64,000 nucleotides of DNA, taken from NCBI GenBank assembly GCA_963836235.1, contig CAWIIP010000005.1:1-64000 (forward strand). Direction: 5' to 3'. Shown here piece by piece: positions 47,588 to 57,659 of the stretch. How positions within the stretch are numbered: the stretch's first letter is position 1; each line of letters opens with the position of its first letter. Below the pieces are notes generated by a model that saw only the letters and a program-made list of their open reading frames with translations, was not told the DNA's origin and did no database searches. The DNA is from an uncultured Pseudomonadota bacterium. Its GTDB lineage: Bacteria > Oederibacteriota > Muellerivitia > Muellerivitales > Muellerivitaceae. The translations under genes were made by a program, and so were the position numbers.

Positions 47588-48796
47588 TTACGGCGAAACC
47601 CTCGAGGTCAACTTTCCCCCGTCGCCGTTGATATCCGGAACGACGGCGTCCAACAGGGAAACCTCGATATTGCCGATCACGATGGCGCTTTTAATCAGGA
47701 CCGGGATGTGCCGGTCATCGGCGGTGATCCAAAGGTCGATATCTTCCTTGTTCCGGAAAAGAGTCCCATACTTGATAAAAGGCTTGGCGTGTAAACAATC
47801 GAAAGTACCCGCGGGGCTCTTGATTTTTTCCCGGCCCACGATTTTTATGATCAGCTTGTAGTTTTTCCCACTCGAGGAAGTCGGAATAAGGTATTTCTTC
47901 CCCACTTCCATTGGAAAGAGACGGAAATAATAAAAACAGGAAATGACGTCCTGGGTGTAAGGCTGGATATCCATTTCCTCGATGGCATCCTGGTTATGCT
48001 GATGAACCAGTCGATGCTTGATCTGGTCATAGGATTCCCGGTTGCGGGCCTTGTAATCCCCCTCTTGGACGTCGTTCTGAAATTTCCAGGTGAGGTAATC
48101 CACCGAGTCGAAGTAGCTGGTTTGCACGTCGTTCACGGGATAAAAGGTGCTGAAAGGAAAAGCGGTCTTGGCTTTCGCCACCAAGGTATAGCAGGGCCGG
48201 TTGTCCACTTTCACGAAGTTTTCCACGGACAAAGTGGCGTAGCCCGCCAAGACCCCAATGGCCCGGACCTCGTAGGTCAGCCTTTCACCCTGGGCGAAAG
48301 CCTTGTTGGCCTTTGGCCGGGGAACCTTCTGAACATCCTTCTCGTCTTCGGACGAATCCGCTTCCGAAAAGGCCTGGGAAGGCTTGCTGAGAGCGACGGG
48401 AGTCGCCGACTTGGAAAGTTTTTGCAGGTAAGCCTGTCTTTTTTGGTCCAACTCCCCCTTATCGGGATAGTTGAGGGGATTGATGATTCTCAAAACCCGC
48501 CCCAGCTTAAGGGGTTTGCGGGGGTTCAAATGGTTTTGCCGGGCCAGCTTCCCCTTGGCGGATTCGGTTCCATAATAGGCCTCGGCGATAAATTCCAAGC
48601 TGTCGCCATTCTGCGCTTGATAGTGAAGAACTACCGTCCGGTCCATTTGCTTTTCTTGGGACTTCGCGTAAGGGGCCGCCGCGGGCTGCATGGAGGCGAT
48701 ACTGGTTTTACCCTGGGCCACGAACAGCAAGGAACAACCTTGGAGGAAGGGAAAACAGAGGAACAAAAAGACTAAAAAAATATATACCCGTTCCAT
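47588..48796 (-). CDS. LysM-like + DUF3108-like lipoprotein
   Basis: Lipobox LQGC; GDSLEFIAEAYYG LysM-like segment; GERLTY...PAGTFDC...WITADDRHIPV. Confidence 0.8.
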   Translation of the reverse strand: MERVYIFLVFLFLCFPFLQGCSLLFVAQGKTSIASMQPAAAPYAKSQEKQMDRTVVLHYQAQNGDSLEFIAEAYYGTESAKGKLARQNHLNPRKPLKLGRVLRIINPLNYPDKGELDQKRQAYLQKLSKSATPVALSKPSQAFSEADSSEDEKDVQKVPRPKANKAFAQGERLTYEVRAIGVLAGYATLSVENFVKVDNRPCYTLVAKAKTAFPFSTFYPVNDVQTSYFDSVDYLTWKFQNDVQEGDYKARNRESYDQIKHRLVHQHNQDAIEEMDIQPYTQDVISCFYYFRLFPMEVGKKYLIPTSSSGKNYKLIIKIVGREKIKSPAGTFDCLHAKPFIKYGTLFRNKEDIDLWITADDRHIPVLIKSAIVIGNIEVSLLDAVVPDINGDGGKLTSRVSP

Positions 48797-48822
48797 TCTT
48801 AAAAATCGGGAGATTTGAAGGT

Positions 48823-49872
48823 TCACTTCGGTTTGGATTCTTTTTTGATGTATTTTTCCATAGCTTCCAAAACCTCTTCCACCTTGATGGCGTCCATGGG
48901 GTCGTGAATCCCGCAAACACCCAATTGGCAATCAGGGCATTGGAGATTGCGGGGCATGAGGACCGTCGAGGTGTTTCCCCAGGGGCCCCATCTCACGGGT
49001 GTGGTGGCGTGGATCGGGCAAAAAAGGGCGACGGTAGGGGTCTTCACGGCCGCGGCGAGGTGCATGGTCCCGGTGGAACCCGAAAGGAAACATTCCGCCC
49101 TCTCATAAACCGCCGCCAACTGACGAAGGCTGCACTCCCCGATCAACAGCACGGGTTTTTGTTCCTGGCTAAGGCCCCGGACATGGGTCATCACCTCGGC
49201 AATAAGCGGGGTTTCGTCGGGACCGCCGGTAATGACGACCTTTCGACCCCGATAGGAAAGCTGGGAAATCGCCTGTCCGTATCGCTCCGGTTTCCAATTA
49301 AGGGCCGAGCCCTTGTGTCCGGGATGAACCACCACGTAACGCGCCCCATAAGCGATGCCTTTTTCCTTGAGCAGGTCATTGGCGAAAGACCTTTCGTTAT
49401 CGGAAAGGGGAAATGTAATTTTTTCCGCCCCGGGCGTTACCCCCAAGGGCCGCGTCAAGTCCAGGTTATATTCCACCTCGTGCCGGTCGCAGACGGAACG
49501 ATGGATATGCGTCTTTCGGTTCAGGAAAAAACTGTACCAGCGGTAGGCGGTTCCAATCCGGATGGGTATTCCCGCCATCCAGGCCGCGATGACCTGTTGA
49601 GGCCTGGGATAAAGGGTGATGAAAACATCCGGGGCCAGCGTTTTAAACCGGCTCGCCAATTTCCATAGGCTCTCTTCGGGATCCAATAATTCCACCGCGT
49701 TCACCGCTGGATGGTTTTGAACGATCTCCTTGGCATAGGAGCTGACCAATGCCGTGAGCCGGGCCTGGGGAAAGGCCGCCTTGAGCGTTTGGAACACAGG
49801 CAGGGACAAAAGAAGGTCACCGACCTTGTCGGTTCGGGCAACGAGAATATGTTTCGGGTTGATTTCGCTCAT
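48823..49872 (-). CDS. Glycosyltransferase family 9 protein
   Basis: RTDKVGDLLL, HPG, STGTMHLAAA and RWGPWG motifs. Confidence 0.9.
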   Translation of the reverse strand: MSEINPKHILVARTDKVGDLLLSLPVFQTLKAAFPQARLTALVSSYAKEIVQNHPAVNAVELLDPEESLWKLASRFKTLAPDVFITLYPRPQQVIAAWMAGIPIRIGTAYRWYSFFLNRKTHIHRSVCDRHEVEYNLDLTRPLGVTPGAEKITFPLSDNERSFANDLLKEKGIAYGARYVVVHPGHKGSALNWKPERYGQAISQLSYRGRKVVITGGPDETPLIAEVMTHVRGLSQEQKPVLLIGECSLRQLAAVYERAECFLSGSTGTMHLAAAVKTPTVALFCPIHATTPVRWGPWGNTSTVLMPRNLQCPDCQLGVCGIHDPMDAIKVEEVLEAMEKYIKKESKPK

Positions 49873-50348
49873 GGTTTCGTGGTTAAGGGGCCGTATTTTC
49901 GGAGGATTTCTTGGATTAGTTTATCAACTGTATGGTCTGTTCCCTCTTTTATCACGACCACCTGGCCGCCAAAAGGAGACTCTGTTTTGGCCGGCTGGCC
50001 CTGTCGCTTGGCGTAAATAGGGGGTTTCAACAGGTGAAGAAGGGGTTCGACTGTATCTTCCTGAAAGGACGTCACAAAATCGACCATCTCAAAGGCCGAT
50101 AGAACCCCCAAGCGGTCTTCCAAAGGTAAAAACGGCCTGCCTGGCCCTTTTATTCTTTTGATGGATTCGTCCGAATGGAGGGCTAAAACCAATAGGTCTC
50201 CCAGCGCCTTAGCCGCGCGCAGATAACGTACATGGCCCACATGTAAAAGGTCAAAGCACCCGTCAGCCAACACGACTTTTTTGCCTTGAGCCTTCAAGGC
50301 CTCTAGCTTTTTGGAAAGTTCATTTTGATTTAAAACTATTTCAGCCAT
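49869..50348 (-). CDS. Second RfaE2-like nucleotidyltransferase (divergent)
   Basis: GCFDLLHVGHVRYL and KGPGRP motifs; lacks the KGGD and STT motifs. Confidence 0.82.
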   Translation of the reverse strand: MAEIVLNQNELSKKLEALKAQGKKVVLADGCFDLLHVGHVRYLRAAKALGDLLVLALHSDESIKRIKGPGRPFLPLEDRLGVLSAFEMVDFVTSFQEDTVEPLLHLLKPPIYAKRQGQPAKTESPFGGQVVVIKEGTDHTVDKLIQEILRKYGPLTTKP

Positions 50349-50357
50349 AGAAACCTT

Positions 50358-50951
50358 TCAGATAGATGACTTAGACGCAATCCATTTCGCCGCTCCTAAA
50401 ATATCCGAAACAACCTCGCACTTGGGAAGGGGGTGGGCTTTTAGTTTCTTCTCGTTCTTTCGTCCATTTCCGGTGCGGACCAGAAGGCCCCCCGCCAATT
50501 TGGCCTTACGGGCCAATAAAAGATCGTCCATTTTATCCCCTACCACATAGCTTCGCTTAAGATCGATGGGGTATTTGCGGACCGCTTGCCGAATCATTCC
50601 AATGGCCGGTTTGCGGCAATCGCAAAGCTTGCTATAGGCCTTTACCAACCCATTCTTATAGTGTGGACAATAGAAAAAAGCGTCAATCCGCGCGCCTTTG
50701 GCTTTCAACATTTGTTGAAGCCTTTGATGGACTTTTCGAACCATGCTTTCCGGAAAGAAACCCCTAGCCACCCCCGATTGGTTGGAAACCACGAAGAGGT
50801 AAAAACCCGCTTTTCTCAATAGCTTGAGGGCCGCGGGAGTCTTGGAAAATAGCTCGATTTGCGAAGGCTGGCTCAAATATTCCGCGTCGGCAATGATCGT
50901 CCCGTCCCTATCCAGGAACACCGCCGGGCGCCGCGATTTATTTTTTCTCAT
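50358..50951 (-). CDS. gmhB: D,D-heptose 1,7-bisphosphate phosphatase
   Basis: FLDRDGT, SNQSGVARG, CPH...CDCRKP and VGD motifs. Confidence 0.92.
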   Translation of the reverse strand: MRKNKSRRPAVFLDRDGTIIADAEYLSQPSQIELFSKTPAALKLLRKAGFYLFVVSNQSGVARGFFPESMVRKVHQRLQQMLKAKGARIDAFFYCPHYKNGLVKAYSKLCDCRKPAIGMIRQAVRKYPIDLKRSYVVGDKMDDLLLARKAKLAGGLLVRTGNGRKNEKKLKAHPLPKCEVVSDILGAAKWIASKSSI

Positions 50952-51049
50952 AAAGCCCAAATCCTTTGCCGCGAATTCGCGCCGATTTTCGCTTTGAAGC
51001 CAAAATCTTTATCCCCGTAAATTTTGCGTTAATCCGCGGCTCAATGTTT

Positions 51050-52843
51050 CTATTGTTCCTTCGAATCCGCGGCCGAACGGAACTGCATTTTATATAACTT
51101 GGCGTAAAGGCCCCGTTTTTTCAAAAGGACATCGTGCCTTCCCTGCTCCACGATTCGTCCCTTATCGACGACCAGGATTCGATCCGCCTTGCGAACGGTG
51201 GAAAGCCGATGAGCGATGACCAAAGTCGTACGGTGGCCCATGAGATCATTCAGGGCCTTCTGAACCCAATGCTCGCTCTCCGTGTCCAAGGCTGAGGTGG
51301 CCTCATCCAGGATCAGCACGGGCGGGTTTTTCAGGATAGCCCGGGCAATGGCCAGGCGCTGGCGCTGTCCGCCGGAAAGCTTGATCCCCCTCTCGCCGAT
51401 GAGGGTGTTGAAACCCTGGGGCGTATTGTCGATGAACTGTTTGGCATAGGCGGCCTTGGCCGCTTCCTGAACGTCCCAAAAAGAGGCGCCGGGCCTCCCA
51501 TAGGCGATATTTTTCATGATCGAATCATGGAAAAGGATGGTTTCCTGGGTGACGATCCCGATATGGGAACGCAGGGAGGAAATTTTGATTTGAGAAATGT
51601 CTTTTCCATCCCAAAGGATTTCACCCGAATTGGGCTGGTAAAAACGGGGGACCAAATCGGCCAAGGTGCTTTTGCCGCCTCCGGAGGGGCCCACTAATGC
51701 CACCACCTCGCCCTTCTCGATTTTGAAGGAAACTTCCCGCAAAACATGGTGTCCGGAAACATACTCGAAACTGACGTTCCTGAATTCGATGGCTTTTTTG
51801 AGGGGCAGGACCTCCACCGCGTCTTTCGCGTCCCTCAAGGGGTCCACCATATCCAAAATCTCAAAACAACGGTCGGCGGAAGCCAGGGATTGCTGGAGTT
51901 TCCCCCAAAGGCCGTTGAAGGTTTTTAAATTGGGATTCATCGTCAAGGCGGAGGCCAGGAAAGAGATGAAGCTCCCCACGGTCAAGGTGCCCAAGAAAAG
52001 GGCGCGATAGCCCATCCAAAGGATCAAGACCAAGAGAACAACTGTCGCGATCATTTCCACTAGGGGGGAGGAAGCCGCGTAGGCCCGATTGGCCCGCATG
52101 GTCGTGGAAAAAAAAGTGTCGTTGGTCTCCTGGAATTTCCGTCTCTCAAAATGTTCCATGCCAAAAGCCTTGACCACCCGGATGCCGGCGATGGTTTCAT
52201 GGATTTGGGCGTTCAGGTCGGAAAGAATACCCTGCCCTTCCCGGGAGGCTTGCCGGATTTTCCGGCCGTAAAGAAAAATGGGGTACAGCGCGACGGGAAA
52301 AACGACAAAAGCCAATAGCGCCAATTGCCAGTCCCGATAAACCATCCAGCTCGCCAAAGCGATGACCGTCAGGCCCGAATTGATGCCGTCGCCCACGACA
52401 TTGATCATGGAATCCTGGAGAACCTGGACATCGCTGGTAATCCTTGAGGCCAAGCCGCCGGTACGCTGGGAATTGAAATAAGTCATCGGCAATTTGAGAA
52501 AGTGGGAATAAAGGTCGTTGCGGAGGCGCTGAACAACCCTCTGGCCCAAATAGCGGTTGAGGTAATCTTGCCCATATCCGCTTAAGGCGCGGACAATGGC
52601 GATCATGAAAGTTACCGGTATCGTAAAATAAGCGAGATGTTGAAAAGTTCCCGCGGGGTCGGCTGTTTTGAGAAAAGCCTCGTTGATGATGGGTTCTAAC
52701 TGCCTCATGACCAAGGCGGTCGAACCTGCCGACAGCCCCATACAAGCCAGGGCCAAAACCACGCGCCCCCGCCGGTCATTGAGGTAAACCAAGAGGCGCA
52801 GGTAAAGTTTGAGTGAATTTTTAAAATCGGTCCCGGCGGGCAT
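51050..52843 (-). CDS. msbA: Lipid A export ABC transporter
   Basis: TM domain + GPSGGGKST, LSGGQRQR and DEATSALD motifs; LPS gene context. Confidence 0.85.
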   Translation of the reverse strand: MPAGTDFKNSLKLYLRLLVYLNDRRGRVVLALACMGLSAGSTALVMRQLEPIINEAFLKTADPAGTFQHLAYFTIPVTFMIAIVRALSGYGQDYLNRYLGQRVVQRLRNDLYSHFLKLPMTYFNSQRTGGLASRITSDVQVLQDSMINVVGDGINSGLTVIALASWMVYRDWQLALLAFVVFPVALYPIFLYGRKIRQASREGQGILSDLNAQIHETIAGIRVVKAFGMEHFERRKFQETNDTFFSTTMRANRAYAASSPLVEMIATVVLLVLILWMGYRALFLGTLTVGSFISFLASALTMNPNLKTFNGLWGKLQQSLASADRCFEILDMVDPLRDAKDAVEVLPLKKAIEFRNVSFEYVSGHHVLREVSFKIEKGEVVALVGPSGGGKSTLADLVPRFYQPNSGEILWDGKDISQIKISSLRSHIGIVTQETILFHDSIMKNIAYGRPGASFWDVQEAAKAAYAKQFIDNTPQGFNTLIGERGIKLSGGQRQRLAIARAILKNPPVLILDEATSALDTESEHWVQKALNDLMGHRTTLVIAHRLSTVRKADRILVVDKGRIVEQGRHDVLLKKRGLYAKLYKMQFRSAADSKEQ

Positions 52844-52861
52844 AAGCCTTCCTTGAAAATG

Positions 52862-52892
52862 AAAAAGGCCCGGACGAAGGTCCGGGCTCTTT
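52862..52892 (-). terminator. Intrinsic terminator downstream of citrate synthase
   Basis: Minus strand GCCCGGAC-CTTC-GTCCGGGC then CTTTTT. Confidence 0.75.
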
Positions 52893-52961
52893 GAGAGGGG
52901 CTATTTTAACGGAGAACGTGGAAACCTCCCCACAAAAAGAAAGGGAGGATTTCCGGCCTTA

Positions 52962-54080
52962 TTACCGTTTGTCGATGGGCAGGTAATGCTGGTCGCGAGC
53001 GCCCAGGTATTCGGCGCGGGGGCGGATCAGGCGGTTGTGGGCCAATTGCTCCATCACATGGGCCGTCCAACCCGTCACCCGGCTGCAGGCAAAGATCGGG
53101 GTAAAGAGGTCGGTGGGAATCCCCAGGTAGTGGTAGGTAGAGGCGGAATAGAAGTCCACGTTGGGCAAAAGCTTTTTCTCTTTCTGCACCACGCTGTCAA
53201 TCACGCGGGACATTTCGAACCATTTCATTTCACCCTTCAATTTTCCGAGGGATTCCGAGAGTTTCATGAGGTGCTTGGCCCTGGGATCCCCGTTCTTGTA
53301 GACTCGATGGCCGAAACCCATGATGCGCTCTTTGCGGACCAAGGCATCGTGAATCCAGGCTTCCACTTTACTGGCATCACCCACCTTTTGAAGCATGAGC
53401 ATTACCTGCTCATTGGCGCCCCCATGGAGGGAGCCTTTCAAGGTTCCGATCGCCGAGGTAACTGCGGAGTGGATGTCGCTCAAGGTGGCCGCCGTCACAC
53501 GGGCGGAAAAGGTGGAGGCGTTTAATTCATGGTCGGCATGCAGGATTAGGCAAACATCAAAGGCCTTCACCGAAACCTCATCGGGTTCCTGACCGGTCAA
53601 GATATGGAGAAAGTTCCAGGCCTGGGTTTTTCCGGTTTTTTGTTCCAGGATGTTTTTCTTGTTGCGCAGACGCTCGAAAGCCGCCACCAGGCTGGGGATT
53701 TGGCCGGTCAGGCGGATGGCTTTTCGCAGGTTGGCTTCCGCGCTGTTATCTTTATATTCGGGGTCGTAGAAAGAAAGGGCGGAAACCGCGGTCCGCAGCC
53801 AATCCATAGGCGGGACGGTGAGGGGAAATTGTTTAATAAGATCCAAATGGGCGGCGGGAATTTTACCGCCGACGGCGATTTCGTCTTCCAGTTTTTCCAA
53901 CTGGGCTTTGGTGGGCAAGCTGCCGTAAAACAACAAATGGGTGACCTCGCCGAAGGTGGCCTTTTCAGCCAATTCATCGATGTTATAACCCCGGTAAGCC
54001 AGCACTCCATTCTCGATGGAGCACACCGAAGTACTGGTCGCGATAATGTCTTCTAAACCCGCATCCGCTTGCGTTGCCAT
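52962..54080 (-). CDS. Citrate (or 2-methylcitrate) synthase, short type
   Basis: HADHELNAST, LHGGANE, GFGHRVY, PNVDFY and LIRPR motifs. Confidence 0.92.
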   Translation of the reverse strand: MATQADAGLEDIIATSTSVCSIENGVLAYRGYNIDELAEKATFGEVTHLLFYGSLPTKAQLEKLEDEIAVGGKIPAAHLDLIKQFPLTVPPMDWLRTAVSALSFYDPEYKDNSAEANLRKAIRLTGQIPSLVAAFERLRNKKNILEQKTGKTQAWNFLHILTGQEPDEVSVKAFDVCLILHADHELNASTFSARVTAATLSDIHSAVTSAIGTLKGSLHGGANEQVMLMLQKVGDASKVEAWIHDALVRKERIMGFGHRVYKNGDPRAKHLMKLSESLGKLKGEMKWFEMSRVIDSVVQKEKKLLPNVDFYSASTYHYLGIPTDLFTPIFACSRVTGWTAHVMEQLAHNRLIRPRAEYLGARDQHYLPIDKR

Positions 54081-54133
54081 AAAAACCTTCCCTTGCCCGG
54101 CATAAATATTTTATAAAGCCTTAATTCCTTCTC

Positions 54134-55204
54134 TTACTTACTCGCCTGAACATCGATGGGTATCGTGGGTTGTTCATCATCGTTGGTATATATAATGACT
54201 TGGTCTTTACCGTCGCTTTCCTTCGGAATGTTTTTATTCACGGAAACAATCAAGGAATACTGGTTGAAACCAGACGATCCCTGCGTTTTGACGATATAGG
54301 GACGAACCAAATGCTTCGTGGATTCCACCCGACGAATCGCGAAGCTTTGGGGCTGATCCGCCGTAAAAGTAATGGTGATCGGGCTGCTTTGCTGGGGAGC
54401 GAAGTAAAGGCTTTTCGGATTAAACTGAACCTTACCGGTAATCTCACCCAAGATCGGAATGGTCACCTCGGGCTTCTTCACGTTATCGGTCTTGACCACA
54501 ATACTGTCGGTGAAGCTTCCGATGGTTTGGGCGGCGGACAAGTTAACTTGGATGGTTGCGCCGTTTCGAATTTGTTTTGGATCGCTGGTGTCCTGATAGG
54601 GGGTGACGCTGGCGACAGTTACAACGCCGCTGGAACTTTGCGCCGAAAGAATACTTAAAGGCATGCCCGGTTTTCCCAAAATCGTAACGGAGGCGCTATG
54701 CGGTTCGCCATGTTTCAACCCATAGAGGTAAAGGCGGTCGGGATGGAGATCAATGTCCCGAACGACCGTCATATCCAGCTTCAATTGGAATCCCGGATTG
54801 ACTGGGTCGTTGCTGGTGACGGTAATAATCTTGGTCGCGTGACCCGGACGCCCGGAGGTATGGTAGGTAGCCTTAACGACGAAAGCGGCGCCCGGCATGA
54901 CCGTCACCGGATAACTCGCTTTGTCATCAGTACCTGTTTTTGCCATCAGATTTTTAATAACGGCCGCTGTGCAACCACAGGAAGTGGAAACATTAGTGAC
55001 GACCAATTTGCCAACGCCCCGGTTACGGCAATGGAACTCATGCACGATATCCGGGCCTTCATCCACGTTTTTGAAATCGAAGTTAGGGTGGGCGCAAGTG
55101 ACCTTGGGGCCATTGGCTGCCTTGACCGCGGGCGCGGGAACGCCTTGGGCCATAACGAATAAGGGAATGCTTAAAAAAGCGGAAAGAGCCAGAAAAGATT
55201 TCAT
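54134..55204 (-). CDS. DUF1573-like secreted Ig-fold repeat protein
   Basis: Signal peptide; TSCGCT motif; repeated (T/S)ND...P units. Confidence 0.82.
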   Translation of the reverse strand: MKSFLALSAFLSIPLFVMAQGVPAPAVKAANGPKVTCAHPNFDFKNVDEGPDIVHEFHCRNRGVGKLVVTNVSTSCGCTAAVIKNLMAKTGTDDKASYPVTVMPGAAFVVKATYHTSGRPGHATKIITVTSNDPVNPGFQLKLDMTVVRDIDLHPDRLYLYGLKHGEPHSASVTILGKPGMPLSILSAQSSSGVVTVASVTPYQDTSDPKQIRNGATIQVNLSAAQTIGSFTDSIVVKTDNVKKPEVTIPILGEITGKVQFNPKSLYFAPQQSSPITITFTADQPQSFAIRRVESTKHLVRPYIVKTQGSSGFNQYSLIVSVNKNIPKESDGKDQVIIYTNDDEQPTIPIDVQASK

Positions 55205-55418
55205 CCAAAGCCTCCACGGATAATTATCATGAAAATACACAGATTTATTCCGATTCATCTTTATCTCGACTTAGGTCGAAAAGCAACAAGAAGAGGGCAA
55301 CAATCCCAAATTTCCCGCAAGTTTTTTACCACAAGTGAGGGCTTTCTATAAAGGGCTAAGATCATCGAACTGAAAAAAAACGGGGTAAATCCAGGTTTCG
55401 ATTTAAACCTAAAAATTC

Positions 55419-56354
55419 TTAAACCACACCCGCTAAAAGGGCGATTCCCAGCGCCAACCAAACGGCCCGGCCCATCCAGCCCGGATTTATCAGATATTCC
55501 CGGAAGGCCTCAAATCCAAAGCCAGCCATAAAAACAAGGACCCACTTGAGGATTTCAAACTCCAGAACCGCGGCCAGGTTTAATCCCGACCAGAACAAAA
55601 AACCTATCAGGACCAGGAGCAAGGGAAACACCACATGCCGATAGGTCCCCTCTTTTTCCCTTTCAAGCGCGGCAAAACCTAACCACCCCAATAGTAAAAA
55701 GGGGAGAAACCGCTGTTCGAACAAAAGCTCATAAAGATCAATCCAAGTGAATTGAAAGTAATAGCGTCCTTTGAAAAAAAAATAGAGGACCAGGACCGTC
55801 AAAACCCCGCCTATCCGGACCCACTTCGAGTTTTTAAACCGGCCAGGCGGCGCCGTGATAAAAGTAAGCGGCAACAAAAAAGAGAATTTAAAAAGCCAGA
55901 TCAGGACCGTCCAAAAAAAAATCAACCCGCCCAACAGCTTTTTGCCGTCCCAAACCGCCAGGATTAAAATTTCCGAAGCCAGGAAAAGCGCCAGCCACAA
56001 CCAGTACCGGTATTCTTGAAGGGTGCATAATTGCCATTGGAATTCGGAAACCGCCAGCCACAAAAGGGGGAACATGCCTAAAAACCAAAAACCCTTGAGG
56101 GAAAAAAGGGCGGAAAGATGATAAAGAACCGCCGCTTCCACCAACAATAAAAGCCCCTTGCCAAAAACCCCGATGGAAAAAGGCGTCCCCAGTTGGGCGT
56201 GATAAACTTGCTCCCCCACCCAAACGAGGATAGCGACGAGGCCCCAAAGAACATTCAATCGAGAAGGGGGGAAAAAGACCATCGAATGGGAAAGATTTTT
56301 CTTTCTTGGCACGGGCTTGATTGTAACAAGCGAAAGAGCCTTTCTAAAGCTCAA
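55419..56354 (-). CDS. Hypothetical polytopic membrane protein
   Basis: Highly hydrophobic; start uncertain. Confidence 0.6.
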   Translation of the reverse strand: MSFRKALSLVTIKPVPRKKNLSHSMVFFPPSRLNVLWGLVAILVWVGEQVYHAQLGTPFSIGVFGKGLLLLVEAAVLYHLSALFSLKGFWFLGMFPLLWLAVSEFQWQLCTLQEYRYWLWLALFLASEILILAVWDGKKLLGGLIFFWTVLIWLFKFSFLLPLTFITAPPGRFKNSKWVRIGGVLTVLVLYFFFKGRYYFQFTWIDLYELLFEQRFLPFLLLGWLGFAALEREKEGTYRHVVFPLLLVLIGFLFWSGLNLAAVLEFEILKWVLVFMAGFGFEAFREYLINPGWMGRAVWLALGIALLAGVV

Positions 56355-56503
56355 ACAAACCCCGGTAATTTCAATTTATTTTGATTTTAAGACGAACCCA
56401 AGGTTAAGATAAACGCGGTGCTTACGAAATCCACCAGCAAAGTTACGCGGGAATGTAGGCAGATACCGTTCTTATTGAAAGCTTGGGTAAAAGGAAAAGT
56501 CGA

Positions 56504-57643
56504 ATGACCCGGTGGCGCTTACTTCCCCTCTTTTTTTTATTCCTTCCCATGCGCCTCCTAGCTCAAGACGCCCACAGTCTTGCCATTGGCGGGGCGGCAA
56601 CGGCGGCTCCCATGGGAATTTTTAGCATGGTTTGGAACCCCTCGCAAATCGCCGTACCTGATACAACAGCTTGGACCGTCGCCTCGGGCTTTTCCGCTTT
56701 CGACACCAGTAATTCAGGCGTCCCCATCGTCCACTTCAACCCCGAGGATGCCTTAGGCGCTTCCCAGGACCCTATCCAGCGTTACCAACAATACCAAGGA
56801 ATTTTCGGGGTGAAATACCTCACTTTCAGTGGAGGAGTTTTATGGAACCAACAATTGAATTACCTGGCCTCACAAGGCGCCCTTCAGTTTTTCAATGATC
56901 GGGCTAACGGTTCCCTTTCCCTTTTACCCTATGCCCTCAATTACCAGCAAACCACCCAACAGGTCGCCACTTTGGTGGTAAGTTACGCCATGCCAATTCC
57001 GTTAGGCTCTTTCCCCTTTGTCTCCGTCGGTGGAAGCCTGAAATACCACGATGGGCTTCAATATCAACAAACCTCCCTCACGGGCACCTATACCTCAGGA
57101 AACACTACTGGCTACACCTACACCAAAACCACATCCACCTCAGGCTTGGGTTTAAGCATGGATCTGGGATTTTTCGCGAAAATCAGCGACTCGATTCAAA
57201 TAGGCCTCATGTTCCAAAACATCCAATCCAACTTTAATTGGCAGGCCCAACAGCAAAGTTATACCTTGGATCCCGCCACCGGCGCCGATATTGCTGGCCC
57301 CGTTACTAACGTCACGGTATCTACCCCCTATCCCTATGCCAAAAAATTAGGTGCCTCATTGAGTCCTTCGGGCAATAATGTGATCTTGGAGGGCGAGGTT
57401 TCTTGGTCCGAACAACAGACCCGGTGGCGCTTTGGCCTAGAAAGGTATTACCCCGAAGCGAATATGGACGTCCGCCTCGGTACTTACACCGACGATATCT
57501 CCAACCAGCAATTATGGAGTTTTGGTGCCGGCTATATCGCCAAGAGCTTCAATATCGACTTATCTTTCCTGACCCGCAGCCTTCCTAACCTACAGAACTC
57601 AATCGCCTTGGGCGGCGCGCTGGACGCGGAAGTCAGGTTTTAA
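56504..57643 (+). CDS. Outer-membrane beta-barrel protein (FadL/PorV-like N-terminus)
   Basis: Signal peptide, AHSLAIGGA...WNPS, alternating beta strands and C-terminal EVRF. Confidence 0.72.
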   Translation: MTRWRLLPLFFLFLPMRLLAQDAHSLAIGGAATAAPMGIFSMVWNPSQIAVPDTTAWTVASGFSAFDTSNSGVPIVHFNPEDALGASQDPIQRYQQYQGIFGVKYLTFSGGVLWNQQLNYLASQGALQFFNDRANGSLSLLPYALNYQQTTQQVATLVVSYAMPIPLGSFPFVSVGGSLKYHDGLQYQQTSLTGTYTSGNTTGYTYTKTTSTSGLGLSMDLGFFAKISDSIQIGLMFQNIQSNFNWQAQQQSYTLDPATGADIAGPVTNVTVSTPYPYAKKLGASLSPSGNNVILEGEVSWSEQQTRWRFGLERYYPEANMDVRLGTYTDDISNQQLWSFGAGYIAKSFNIDLSFLTRSLPNLQNSIALGGALDAEVRF

Positions 57644-57659
57644 TCGGGTTCAAGATTAC

